Source: Alphaproteobacteria bacterium (GTDB lineage Bacteria; Pseudomonadota; Alphaproteobacteria; JAAXGF01). Taken from it: a DNA stretch of 64,000 nt. How positions within the stretch are numbered: position 1 is the stretch's first letter; every line of letters starts with the position of its first letter. The translations under genes and the position numbers were made by a program. The notes below the pieces were generated by a model, which worked only from the letters and a program-made list of their open reading frames with translations, was not told where the DNA came from and made no database searches. Location: positions 3,360,001 through 3,424,000 of the forward strand of contig CAUVXB020000002.1 in the NCBI GenBank assembly GCA_963555825.3, read 5' to 3'. Below, in pieces: positions 21,250 to 32,563 of the stretch.

Positions 21250-22190
21250 CTATCGCTATGGTGGATCACACCGGCGCCAGGTTGGCGCAGCCCGATAGCA
21301 CGGTTAAGCGCCCTGAGCGGCAGGTCGCTGGTCATGCGAGCGCCCACGGCCCAGCCGATGACGCGCCGGGAGTAGAGGTCGAGCATGACGGCCAGGTACC
21401 GCCAGCCCTGTGCCGTCCAGATATAGCTGATGTCGGCAGCCCATTTCTCGTTGGGTGCCTCGGCGGAGAAGTTCTGGTCGAGAAGGTTCGATGCGACGGC
21501 CTTGTTGTGCTGGCTGTCCGTCGTCTTTTTGAACTTCTGTTTCCGTTTTGGAGACAACCCATTTCCCCGCATCAGCCGAGCCACCCTATGGCGTCCAACC
21601 TCGATCCCATTCTCGGCAAGCTCGTGATGGACCCGCTCTGCACCGTAGCTCTCGCGGCTGCGCCGAAAGGCTGCCCGGACATGGGCGAGTAGAACCATGT
21701 CATCGAGCTGTCGCTGGCTTGGGCCGCGATTGCGCCAAGCGTAGAAGCCTGAGACGCTGACCTGCAGCAGTCTGCACAGGCGGAATATCGGCATCGCCAA
21801 CCCGGCCCTCTCCGCGTCGATGAACCGGAACCTCATCGACTTTCCCTGGCGAAGAAGGCCAGCGCTTTTTTTAGCAGATCACGTTCCTGACGGGCCAGAT
21901 CACGCTCTCGGCGTAGGCGGGTAATCTCCTTCGCTGCATCCTCATGCGGACCGGAAAGCAAATCCTCCTCACGCAATTCTGCGACCCAGCGGCCGAGCGC
22001 GCTGACGCTGATCCCAAGATCTCCTGCTATCTGCCGCTGCCTGCGCCCGCTCGTCTGTAAAAGACGGACGGCTTCTTCCTTGAAGGCCCGATCAAACCGC
22101 CGGCCCTTGTTCCCATTCTGCTTCGACATTTGCACCTCCTGCGATCAAAATCCTATCGCAGGACGTCTCCACTTTCGTCAGCAGGGTCCA
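21250..22190 (-). mobile_element. IS3-family element type B, 5' part (orfA 21833..22135, orfB truncated at HHSD)
   Basis: End TGGACCCTGCTGACG; AAAAAAAG frameshift window; WAADISY, LDLYSRRVIGW. Confidence 0.9.
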
Positions 22191-22262
22191 TACCACCGTT
22201 CCACCGCCAAGGGAACGGTGGTATGATTTCCATGAATTTGAAGGGCATCTGGGGAATGTCGG
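22191..22262 (+). mobile_element. IS1380 right-end scrap
   Basis: Reverse complement of 38216-38281, ending ATCTGGGGAATGTCGG. Confidence 0.7.
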
Positions 22263-22361
22263 ATGAATCCGTAGTTTCCTCCGCACGGCAGGTGATGAAG
22301 CAGAAGATCCGATGCCGTCCGTCAGAAGATCGACAGCAGAGTGTACGGTGTTCCTTTGTTC

Positions 22362-23466
22362 CTTGCCTATCCGGTTTACACCCACACCCACTAGGGCTAG
22401 AATGGGCGCAAACCGGATATAGGGGAGCGCGCCATGGATGTTCTCGACCGCGCCGATCTCCCATTCCCGCATTCGCTACCCGAGTTCCAGCGACTTTTCC
22501 CCGATGATGCGGCCTGCGCCGCCTACCTGGAGAAAGCCCGCTGGGGAGACGGCTTTGCCTGCCCGCACTGCGGCACGGCGGGAGAGCCGTTCCACTTTGA
22601 AAACCGCCCTGGCGTCCTGCGCTGCCGCAAGTGCCGCCAGAACACCGGGCTGACGGTGGGAACAGTGATGGAGCGTAGCCACACTCCGCTGAACGTCTGG
22701 TTCTGGGCCGCTTATCTGGTCGCCAGTCAGACGCCCGGCATGTCCGCCGTGCAGTTTCAGCGGCAACTTGGTCTTTCGCGCTACGAGACGGCCTTTCAAA
22801 TTCTCCACAAGCTCCGCTCGGGCATGGTGCGGCCCAACCAAGACAGGATCGGTGGACAGCCCAAGAACCATGTTGAGGTGGACGAAACCTGGGTTGGCGG
22901 GCGAACGCGTGGGGAAGGCCGTGGTGTTCACCACAAGGTTCTCGTCTCCTGTGCCATCGAGGTGCGTCATCGAAAGCCGGGCACCAAGCTCGACAACCGG
23001 AAAGACGGACGCTATGCCGGACGCGTTCGGCTCGCCGTCGTGCTCGACCGTAGCGCCGAGTCGCTCTGTGGGTTCGTCGAGAGCACCGTCGCGCCGGGAT
23101 CGCTGATCGTTACTGACGATTGGAGCGGCTATGCTGGCCTCGGTAAGCGCGGCTATGAGCACTTCGCTGTTGCCGAGTGTGGTGATCCAGAGGTTGCCGA
23201 GCAATACCTGCCGATCATCCATCTGGTTTTCGCCAACCTGAAGACGTGGCTGATCGGTATCCACCACGGCGTTAGCCACCAGCACCTACAAGCCTACCTC
23301 AACGAGTTCACCTTCCGCTTCAACAGGCGGTTCTACCCGTTCAACGCCTTCCGCTCATTGCTCGGCATCGCGGGCGACACCTCTGCTCCAACCTATGCCG
23401 AGCTTTACTCGGGAGAGTGGCGGCACCCTACATGTAGCGGTCATGGGCGTTAACCGGATAGGCAAG
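22362..23466 (+). mobile_element. IS1595-family IS type 1, copy 1 (transposase 22434..23453), 8-bp TSD
   Basis: TIRs CTTGCCTATCCGGTT; TSD CTTTGTTC; CPHC/CRKC zinc ribbon, VEVDET, TDDW, YLNEF.FRFNRR. Confidence 0.93.
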
Positions 23467-23483
23467 CTTTGTTCATCTAGAAT

Positions 23484-26400
23484 TTGATGATGATGAGAGT
23501 GTCTGATTCTGTGGAAATCTCTGCCGCTAGCATGCGCGCCAGCGATGCCGTGATGGGCGAGGAAGCGGCTCGGCTCATCTGGGATGACGCGCCCAGCGTG
23601 GATGAAATACACGATCCTCGTACGGGTGAATTTGCGGCGGCGGTCATCGATGGATTAACCGCGGCGCTCGCCAGTTCTCCCGGCGCGATCAAAAAGATGA
23701 TGCGCAGCGCCGCTACGGCTGCCGAGGATCTGAATGTCGCTCCGTTCCAGGGGCTAGTCGAAGTCATTCAGATTGCCGACGACGTCTGCGCCGACGAAGT
23801 TCGGTTTACGCTGCGGAAGAAAAACGGCAAGTCGCAACTCTTGGTGGTCCATGATGGTCAGCCGGTCACCTGCCAGCATGTGCTCGCCATGGCCCTTCCG
23901 TTCCTGACGACAAAGACGCACCGGGTCGATCAACGGGGACGGTTCGGGATCGGATTGAAGACGCTCAAGCGGATCGCCGATGCGATCGCCATTCACTCCG
24001 CTCCCTATCATTTTTCAGGCGACCAACTTTCGCTTAAACGGGTCGAGCAGGAGCCCGGCCTGCCGGGCTTCTACAGCCCCGCGAGGGACACGCTCCTAGT
24101 CCTGGATCTGCGCGAGAACTTCGCCGAAGAGGAATTGAGAAGCTGGTTCGAGGCATGGGAAGAAGATGGCCTCATCTTCCTGGGATTCGTCAGCCGGTTC
24201 CGCTGGTGTGCGGTCAAAGGCGAAGCGCTCCTTGACAGAGCGGTTGAGAAGGGCGGCTGGGAGCCGGCCTCGTTCGACCCGTTGCATGAGCCGGTTCTCG
24301 CAATCCGCCACCGCCATGTCCGCGGACGGGACCGCGAATGGCGAGTCTGGAACGCGACAGTTTCCGTTCCAGCTCATCTGAAACCCGCGCACAAGGCAAG
24401 AAGCGAGACCACGGAGATTTCGGTGGCGGTGCCAGATCAGCCGTCGCGAGGTAGTCTGTATATCGGACTCAAGACACGCGTTCCGGTCGCGTTGAACCTC
24501 TCGCTCGACGCCCAGTTCGACCCGAGCACCGCGCGAGAGAAACTTATTCAAAACGACTGGAATAACTGGCTGATAGACCGCTGCGCGGACCTGTTGGGGG
24601 ATGTCGCTGCCGGATTGCTTGTCCATGAACCGGTGACCGCATGGAAGCTCATCCCGCTTCAACGGGAGAAAGTCGGTGACGAGACGGATCGCTGGCTACG
24701 AGGTCATTTCGATGCCGCATTCGAGCGCGTTCGGAATGAGGTCGGTGCGACCGGGTTGGTCGCCGTCGTGCAGGAACATGTTCCGCTGTCCAATCTCGCC
24801 TACGAAGATGAATCGCTAAGTGGACTGCTGGCCGCAGCGGATATCGAATCGCTGGTCCAGGAGAGCCGCGCGCTGCCGACCGATGTTCGGGACGAGAGGG
24901 GCAGATGGCGGGAGGTCCTGCAGGAACTAGAGGTCGCCGCGAAGGTCGAGACAGCCGAACTGCTTGACGGGTTCACGCGTGGCTTGTTCGCAGGAAAGGA
25001 TCCGGTCTGGTGGGTCGAGGCTTCACAGCGCCTCACGGCCAATCATCCTGCCGACGATGAACTTTTCGGCATACCCTACTGGTTGACCGATGACGGCCGA
25101 CCGGTTCCGTGCCAGCGGGAGGCCGATACCGCCCGCCCGCTTGTTGTCGGCGATGCCATTTCGGACTTCTCTGCCCGTTGGAAGCTTCTGGACCGGCTCC
25201 ACGAGGCTTACGGGCGGAGCGTGGCCGGCAAGCAGGCCATCGAATGGCTGGACAAACACGCCGCTTTCACCGCGCATATCGATGCTGCGATCGAACTCGC
25301 CGCCCTTGCAGAGCGCTTCGTAGAGGAACCTGTAGACATCGGGGACGAGGAGCTCAGGGAAATCCGCGACCGCTTCGACGAACTCTCCGACCGGAGCGCA
25401 GCAGAAATCGGCTATAGTGTCGGCGCGGCTCTTTTGCTCGACGGCTATGTTTATATGGGTGGCAAGCGGCAGAAGCGAAAAGTCTCTCCGGTGAACGCCT
25501 ATCTGTGCCGGACGCTGGACAGCGACAATCCGAACTGGCCGACGGCGGCCGGCACGATTCCCGACATAGAATGGGTCGCAGCGCGCTACAACGATCAGCT
25601 CAAGACCGGCGCGACGAGAACCTCACGCCGCCGGGCGGACGGCACGATATCTCGTGGGCCGCGCAAATTCCTGATGCTGCTCGGGGTCGAGTGCACGCCT
25701 CGCCTGGTGAAAACCGACACCATTCGCTGGGGTCGACCGACGCGCGAAAAAGAACTTTGCTCGGCGGGTGCCGAGGAAGTCACGCATGATTTCACGTCAC
25801 CGGACCTGACACGGATCCTGGTGGCGCTGAAAAAGCTCCAGAAGAAGGAAGCCAGGGTCAGAAGTCCAGCCTTGCTTCGCGCACTTTCACGCAACTGGGA
25901 ACGCGTCTACGGTAAAAACAAAAAGGTCCCCTCCCGGCATCATGCCCGCGTCCATAGCTATGACAAGGCGCCCGTCACGGCTGACTGGCTGATCGATCTT
26001 CGCGAAGAGCCGTGGATCGCGGTCGGGCGTGGACAGCCGGTGCCGCCTGCATCGGCCGTCATCAAAACAGCCGAAACGCAGACGCTCTACCCAAGCAGCG
26101 CGTTTGCCGTCGGCGTCGAGCCCGGGGATATCGGGAACGACTTCGCCGCAGCACTCGGATTGATCACCGATGTTCGCCTCAGCGATCTGATCGAACATCT
26201 CGCCAGCATTCGCGACGGAGAGGAGCCCGTCGACGATGGGAATGTTCTTCAGATCTATCGAAACATCGCGAGGATCTGTCCGAAGTCCGCCTCCTGGAAT
26301 ACGCGGATCGGCGACATGACCGTGCAGGCGCTCCGTGCCCGGTTCTCGGAAGGGACGGGCCTGATCCACAGTGGCGGTGGTGTCTGGCACAGACCCGCCA

Positions 26401-29393
26401 ATCTGCTCAAGGGCAAGGACATTTTTCACGACCGGGGCAACTTTGTCCCTGGCGGCCCGGCCTGCTCCGATCTATGGTCGGTTCTGGACGTGCGCGAACC
26501 GTCACTGGACGACTGCATAGGATATTGCCGTTCGCTCGCAGCCCAAGCGTACACGGCATCGATGATCGCCATCCTCATCGACATATTCCGGTACATGGAG
26601 CCTTTGCTGCCTTCGGCCAGCCGTGGTCAGAAGAACCGTTTGAAAGAACTTCCCCTCGTCTGTTCTGAAAGCTGGGAAGTAGAGCGGCCGATCTATTTCG
26701 CAGACGATCCGGAGTTACGAGGCGAGCTTGCGAAGACCCTGCCCGGACGCCGCTTCTGGACGCCGCCATGCGACGTGCGTGACCTACCGAATCTCGTTGA
26801 GATGACCCGGGTAACGAAACTGCATCCTACCTTGCAGGTCGTTGACGACACGGCTCGGGCGCAGGAACAGGGTGAAGCTATGCGCGCCCGGTTCGGGCAG
26901 GCGGTCGAGCATCTGTCCGATGAACTGGCGCGTAACGATCCTGCCACGCGCGCGAAAATTGCGATTAGCTGGGACCAGCTTAAGGTGTATCGCACCCGGT
27001 TCCTTGGACACAAGTTTGTCTCATGCGGCGGGCCTGAGTGACATCGCGGTGTGCCACGCCTGACGAGCTTGAGCGGGGCTCAGGTAGCCGTTCTTCTCCA
27101 CGATCCACTGGGCATTGTACTGTTCGACGAACCCGCGGACGGCGTTCCGCAGCTCCGCGATGTTGCGGTAGATGCGGCCATGGATGATCTGTTCCTTGAG
27201 CGTGCGATTGAACCTCTCGGCGACGCCGTTGGTCTGGGGCTGTTCGACGAAGGCGTAGGACGGCTGGATGCCCCAGAACTTGATCTGGTTGGTGAAGTGG
27301 TCCGACAGATACTGGGAGCCGTGATCCATCCGCAAGGCCAGCCCCCGCGCCGCACCGGCGGAGGTCGAGGCATACAGCCTCGCAAGCCCCATGGAGATCG
27401 GCTGAAGGGCGGCGAAGCGGTCGCCTCGCTTGCACACATGCCAGCCGACGCACTCGGCGTTCCAATGCTCGATGGCGGTGAATATCCAGCCCCAGCCGTC
27501 GTCCACCGTGAACACCCGAACGCCGTCCGTGCCCCACATGAGGTTGGGGGCATGGGTGATGATCTCACCGACATGGGGATTTCCGCCACGGCGGCGGCAG
27601 CGATGGGGCGAGAGCAGGTTGTTCTCGCGCATCACCCGGAGCCCCCGCTTGCGGGAAACACGGATGCCACGACAGACCCGAAGCCGAGCCCAGACCTTGC
27701 GGTGTCCCTCGCCCTCCCAGGGGGATGCCTCCAGGTCGGCCTCGATGGCCACCAGCAGAGCCTCGTCCGAGATCGAGGGCTTCGGTCCCCGGCGCTTTGC
27801 TGGTGGGCGCTCAGCGGTGGCCTGCTGCCGGGATTTCATGGCGTAGAACGAGGAACGGGCAAAACCCCAGGCCGCACAGACCCGCTGGAGGCCGTAGGCC
27901 AAACCCGTGCCGGGAGAGGTGGCGGCACTCATCGCCGCGACCTCCGCCGCCCCAAAGGGCCGGACGTCTCCGTCTTGGCCTCCAGCAGTTCCACCTGCAT
28001 GATCAACTCCCCGATCCGCTTCATGGCGATGTCCAGTTCCGCCTTCACCGGATCGCCCTTGCGTTCCTTGAGCGAGGCATCGATCCCGGCGATCGCCTTC
28101 TCACGCCACTGCTCGAGCCGGAAAATCTCCACGCCCAACTGCCGCGACAAAAGTTCCACCGGCTCGCCACGCAAAAGCCGCAGGGCAACCTCACGCTTGC
28201 GCGTCACCGTCCACCGCTGGCCAAGTCCCAGCGGGCCTGCCGGCGAAACCTGGCCCGGGGAAAACGTGGACGAGCCAAGCTCGCCCTCGTTTACCACAGG
28301 CCCATCAACAGCAACTTTGTTCTCAAAATTGTCGGTCATGTTCCGGTCCTCCTTGGACACTTCGATTAAGCCAATTCTGTGTCCAAGGAAATCGGGTCCG
28401 ACTCAGGACCAGCTTAAGGCTATACCGCTGTTTGTCTATGATCAGCCGATAGCGGTGGAGGCGAAAGACGAAGCGTTATCAGCGAAGCCCGTGCGGATTG
28501 AACGGCGGGCCTTGTTGACCGGCCATCCTGCCGAACTTCACGTCTGGGTGGATGCGCTGCCGAAGCGAGAAAATGGCGGCCGCGCCATTGCGTCCCTTTT
28601 CCCGGCGGATATCAGCCGGAGCATCGAAGCCGAATGGTTCGTCTCCTGGCAGGAGAGCATGGAGTTCAGGACGGAGGGCATTCGCCTCGCTTCTGATGAG
28701 ACCCTGAACGAGGCACTCGAGGAGCAGGCGGAGAAGATCAATACTGCCCCCAAGGTCAGGATAAAGGTGAGCGCCCCCGCAAGTCGGTCCCCGGGCAGCA
28801 AGCCCCGAACCTTGAAGGAGTCCATCGGAGCGATTGCAGGTGCGAAGGTCAATCCCGGCAGTCCGCCCAAGCCTGCCAGGTCAGGTAAGCAACGGCCCTT
28901 GAGCTCTACGGCGCCTGAAGCAAGTCGGCCCTCGTCGACACAGTCGTCCTCGTTCGTCGCCTACACCAATGCGGATCTGGAGCAGCGCGGGTGGGAAATA
29001 CTGGAGCAGGCGCTGAACACCTCTCAAGATGAGCGCCTAGTGGATTTCAGGAAGAGACACGGCGTCGGCGCAGACGGTGCGATCAACTGGAAAACGTTCG
29101 TGGAGCTGAAGGCGACCGGTCGCGGCCCGCAATCCTCGATTGAGATGTCGAATTCGGAATACGAGCGGGCGAAGGAGCGCGGGAAGGACTTTATCCTTGC
29201 CCTCGTTTCCGGGCTTGAGGCGGAACAAACTGACGAGGTTCGTCTGATCATCGATCCCGCCAATTGCGTTTCCACACGTCCGGTCAACGGCATTCGCATG
29301 CTCGGGCTGCTGGAGGCTCCGGCCGTCGTCGTACAGTTTGAGGACGTGGCCGCGGGAAACGTAGACAGAGAGAAGGAAACGCGGCCACGCTAG
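23484..29393 (+). pseudogene. About 1490-aa sacsin-like GHKL ATPase with C-terminal DUF3883/NOV-like nuclease, split by IS
   Basis: EVIQIADD, HDG, GRFGIGLK at the N-terminus; GADG....FVELKA at the C-terminus; frame rejoins (SWDQLK|AIPLF) after removing 26986-28419. Confidence 0.8.
26986..28405 (-). mobile_element. Two-ORF IS3/IS481-like IS, copy 2, 14-bp TSD
   Basis: TSD GGACCAGCTTAAGG at 26972-26985 and 28406-28419; ORFs 27021..27932 and 27929..28360. Confidence 0.92.
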
Positions 29394-29738
29394 CCTGCCG
29401 GCGGCTCTTCGGACGATTCGACCGCCACGGTGAGTGTCACTGGAGGGGACGTATACTCGCAGCATGAAATCGAGATCGACTCACCATCTGACGGTTAGCT
29501 CATTTGGTAAGGTTTTGCTCCGTTCAAGGAGTATGGGGAAAAATCACCACTAATCTACGGACCTCACTGGAGGCCGCAATATGCGAGTACAGGATTGCCC
29601 GTGAAGCCGGAAGAACGTGTGGATTTAGATATCGCAGCAAAATTATTGCAGTCACATGGACTGACACCGAAGCGGTTCACCAAAGCAGAGAGACGAAAAG
29701 GAAAGGGAATTATATACGTGTTTACCCAAGAGGCCGCG

Positions 29739-30080
29739 TCAACGCTGCTTATCTGACCGCCTTGGCAGACTGATACGACTGTAAGTCCGCTCCAATAGGA
29801 CAGCGACGGCATCAACGCCAAGCCATTTCGCCATACCAATTAGTCCAATGATCTCCAAAAGGAAAACTAAAATAGAGGGCACCCAATCCAAGTGCTGGAA
29901 TGCAGCGATATCAATGACAACTATAAGAGCCAAAATCCAGTAGAAGCGTTCCTCCCGGCGGCTGTCTCGTTCGGACTCAATGGCTTTCTCGAGCGCGCCT
30001 GCCCCTTCGTCACTCTTTGTAGCGACTACCGAACGGTAGAACTCTTCATGCAGATTTTTGGGCCGATTTTCGTCGCTCAT
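29739..30080 (-). CDS. Small membrane protein, candidate PanT toxin
   Basis: 113 aa with two hydrophobic segments; overlaps the 3' end of the Panacea gene. Confidence 0.65.
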   Translation of the reverse strand: MSDENRPKNLHEEFYRSVVATKSDEGAGALEKAIESERDSRREERFYWILALIVVIDIAAFQHLDWVPSILVFLLEIIGLIGMAKWLGVDAVAVLLERTYSRISLPRRSDKQR

Positions 30081-30498
30081 ATTCCGCCTTAATAGATTTG
30101 TTTGGGATGACTACTCCTCGCAACCCAGGCACGTAGTGCTCAGCCCAAGCCCCTTCTTCCCAGTGGGTAATTGCGACTAGCTTGCTGGTCCGCTCTCTCC
30201 CCAATCCAGCGACCACATCCGCAAGTAGATTCCCCTCGTAGCTGTCAGAAATATTATCTTCGGACCAAAACACATTCTGCACTGGTCTGCTCCCGAATGC
30301 CTTTACTTTGTGATAAAGGACGGGAACTACGGGGCCAAAATCCCACGCTTCAAAATTCTCGCAGATTAAGGGCTCGTCTCTTTCGCCCAACCGCCACATA
30401 TGAGCGATGTAGAGAAGTTTTTGAATTGCCAAGTTGGAGAATTCCCAGTCTCCAGCTTCGCAGATTTTCCGACCAGCCTGTAGGGCGGTGACTTCCAT
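30046..30498 (-). CDS. Panacea (DUF4065/SocA-like) antitoxin
   Basis: SNLAIQKLLY, FEAWDFGPV...LY, L...TH...AW motifs. Confidence 0.88.
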   Translation of the reverse strand: MEVTALQAGRKICEAGDWEFSNLAIQKLLYIAHMWRLGERDEPLICENFEAWDFGPVVPVLYHKVKAFGSRPVQNVFWSEDNISDSYEGNLLADVVAGLGRERTSKLVAITHWEEGAWAEHYVPGLRGVVIPNKSIKAEYERRKSAQKSA

Positions 30499-30518
30499 GA
30501 TGTGAATTTGATCACATC
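30499..30518. promoter_or_regulatory. Palindromic operator (TGTGA-N6-TCACA) abutting the antitoxin start codon
   Basis: GATGTGA-ATTTGA-TCACATC. Confidence 0.5.
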
Positions 30519-30637
30519 TTCCTTAACGATTCAATACAAATTGTGCCACTGCTCGGCCTACGGCTTTGCCGATATGACCGCCTAGGCGGCAATCCTACCT
30601 TTTGCCTACCTTTTGGTAATTTCCTGCCCGGAACGGC

Positions 30638-30665
30638 TTGACATCATCCTGAATATGGGTAAACT
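30638..30665 (+). promoter_or_regulatory. Putative sigma70 promoter of the IS1595 transposase
   Basis: TTGACA-16 nt-TAAACT, then AAAGGAG RBS before ATG 30690. Confidence 0.5.
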
Positions 30666-30689
30666 GTTTCTATAAAAGGAGACAGAGAA

Positions 30690-31633
30690 ATGGCACACAA
30701 CGCCCCCGGCAGCACTACCGCAAAGGTCTCGCGCTGATCGAGCTCGCGCATATGTTCCCTGATGACACGACAGCCGAGCGCTGGTTTGTCAAAACGCGCT
30801 GGCCGGATGGCGTGCACTGCCCATGCTGTGGCTCACTGAACGTGCAGGAACGCGAAACACGGAAGCCGCAGCCCTATCGTTGCCGGGACTGCCGCAAGGA
30901 TTTCTCGGTCAAGCTCGGTACGCTCATGGAAGGGTCCAAGCTCGGTTTTCAGAAATGGGCCATGGCGATCTATCTGATGATGACGGGCATCAAGGGCACG
31001 TCCAGCATGAAGCTTCACCGCGACTTGGGCATCACACAGAAAACCGCTTGGCACCTAGCGCACCGGATCAGAGAGTCGTGGAGCGACCCGGAGTCGCTCT
31101 TCTCTGGCCCGGTTGAGGTCGACGAAACCTTCATCGGTGGCAAGGAAAAGAACAAGCACGCCAACAAGAAGCTGCACGCGGGCCGTGGTGGCGTCGGCAA
31201 GGCCATCGTCGTCGGAGCCAAGGATCGCGCGACCAACGCAGTGAGCGCCACTGTGGTTGGCAACACGGACGCCAAGACGCTTCAGGGCTTCGTCGGCGAG
31301 CGCGCTGCCAAGGGAGCTACTGTCTATACGGACGATCACGGTGGGTATCAGGGAATGCCGTTTGAGCATGAAACCGTGAAGCACAGCGTCAGCGAGTATG
31401 TGAACGGGATGGCTCACACTCAAGGAATCGAGTCGTTTTGGGCGCTTCTAAAGCGCGGCTATCATGGAACCTACCATCACATGAGCGAGAAGCACCTGGA
31501 TCGCTACGTAAGCGAATTCGCTGGGCGGCACAATGACCGGCGCGCCGATACCATCGAGCAAATGCAGGCGGTGGTTGCCGGGATGGTAGGAAAGCGGCTA
31601 ATGTATCGGGACTTGGTGGCTAACATTCAATAG
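30690..31633 (+). pseudogene. IS1595-family transposase type 2, apparent 1-nt frameshift near 30711
   Basis: ATG 30690 (MAHNAPG) is out of frame with HYRKGLALIELAHMFPDD; CPCC/CRDC, VEVDET, YTDD, HTQGIESFW. Confidence 0.75.
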
Positions 31634-31674
31634 CACTAAATCGGCACTTATCGAAGGCGTGGTGGAGGAAGAAC

Positions 31675-31734
31675 AGGGTGTCGAGGGCGCCTCAACACAC
31701 CACATATAGTGTGTTGAGGCGCCCTCGACACCCT
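31675..31734. repeat. Perfect 26-bp inverted repeat with 8-nt spacer
   Basis: AGGGTGTCGAGGGCGCCTCAACACAC-CACATATA-GTGTGTTGAGGCGCCCTCGACACCCT. Confidence 0.95.
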
Positions 31735-31743
31735 ACATATAGC

Positions 31744-32332
31744 ATGACAGAGCCCGCGCAATTAAACCTCCCGCTTTCGGGCCCCCCCCCCCCCCAGACG
31801 TTCTTCTAAAGCTCGGAACGCCACGAGATATATGGCTTCAGATGAACTCTGGGCTTGTTTCGCGTCTAGTCGAGAATAGGCGCGTTGAGTTCAAGTCGTT
31901 GTCAAGAATCGACTTCAACAGAATCACAGAATATCTAAGCATGTATAGCAACACTTCAGACGGTGGGGTCTTACTGCTTGGTGTTGAAAATGATGGAACC
32001 ATCAGCGGATGCTCAGACCTAGGCGAGGACAGGCTTAATAGTCTAGAAAAAATTCATGTACAGGGGTGTCCTGAGGCTCGACCGGAGTTCAATATGAAAT
32101 TGCTATTCTTGCCTATGCCTTTCATAATCAGACCATTAACGTATCCGAGGCCCAGCGGTTGACTGGGAAAACGTGGGCAACATCAAAGAAAGACCTAGAC
32201 CCCTTGGCAAATCGCGGATTTTTCACTTTTGTCCCAGGAAAGTTTGTGCGGGATGCTACCGCACATTACAGTTTAGCAAAACCTCGAGAGGCATTTGGAA
32301 ATGGGAAGTCGAACATCGGCGATGGGACGTGA
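31744..32332 (+). pseudogene. AlbA_2/Schlafen-domain plus winged-HTH gene, internally deleted and frameshifted
   Basis: ENRRVEFKS, MYSNTSDGGVLLLGVENDGTISG; other-frame C-terminal HTH-like INVSEAQRLTGKTWATSKKDL; C14 tract at 31782-31795. Confidence 0.7.
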
Positions 32333-32389
32333 GCCATCAAAGCGTACTCAAAAGATCGACGTGGCTTCCATAAATGAGGAGAGCCTGAC

Positions 32390-32563
32390 ATGCTCGGCAC
32401 CAAGAACAAGCCCGCACCACGCGGCCGACCAGTAAAGAACATCATGCCTGAGCCGATCCCCGACACGGCGGAGAACATCGCGCGGGCGATCATGCGAGGC
32501 CAACCCAAGAAAGAATGGGATTACATGAAGGCGACGGAGGCACGAGATTCAAAGGAGGGATAA
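32390..32563 (+). CDS. 57-aa small protein at the end of the IS1595 transposon
   Basis: GAGGAG RBS; MLGTKNKPAPRGRPVKNIMPEPIPDTAENIARAIMRGQPKKEWDYMK...; absent from the ORF track. Confidence 0.55.
   Translation: MLGTKNKPAPRGRPVKNIMPEPIPDTAENIARAIMRGQPKKEWDYMKATEARDSKEG

Noticed and set aside
27051-29393. 780-aa ORF as a real protein
   Set aside because: Antisense read-through of the IS fused to the C-terminus of the split ATPase-nuclease gene.
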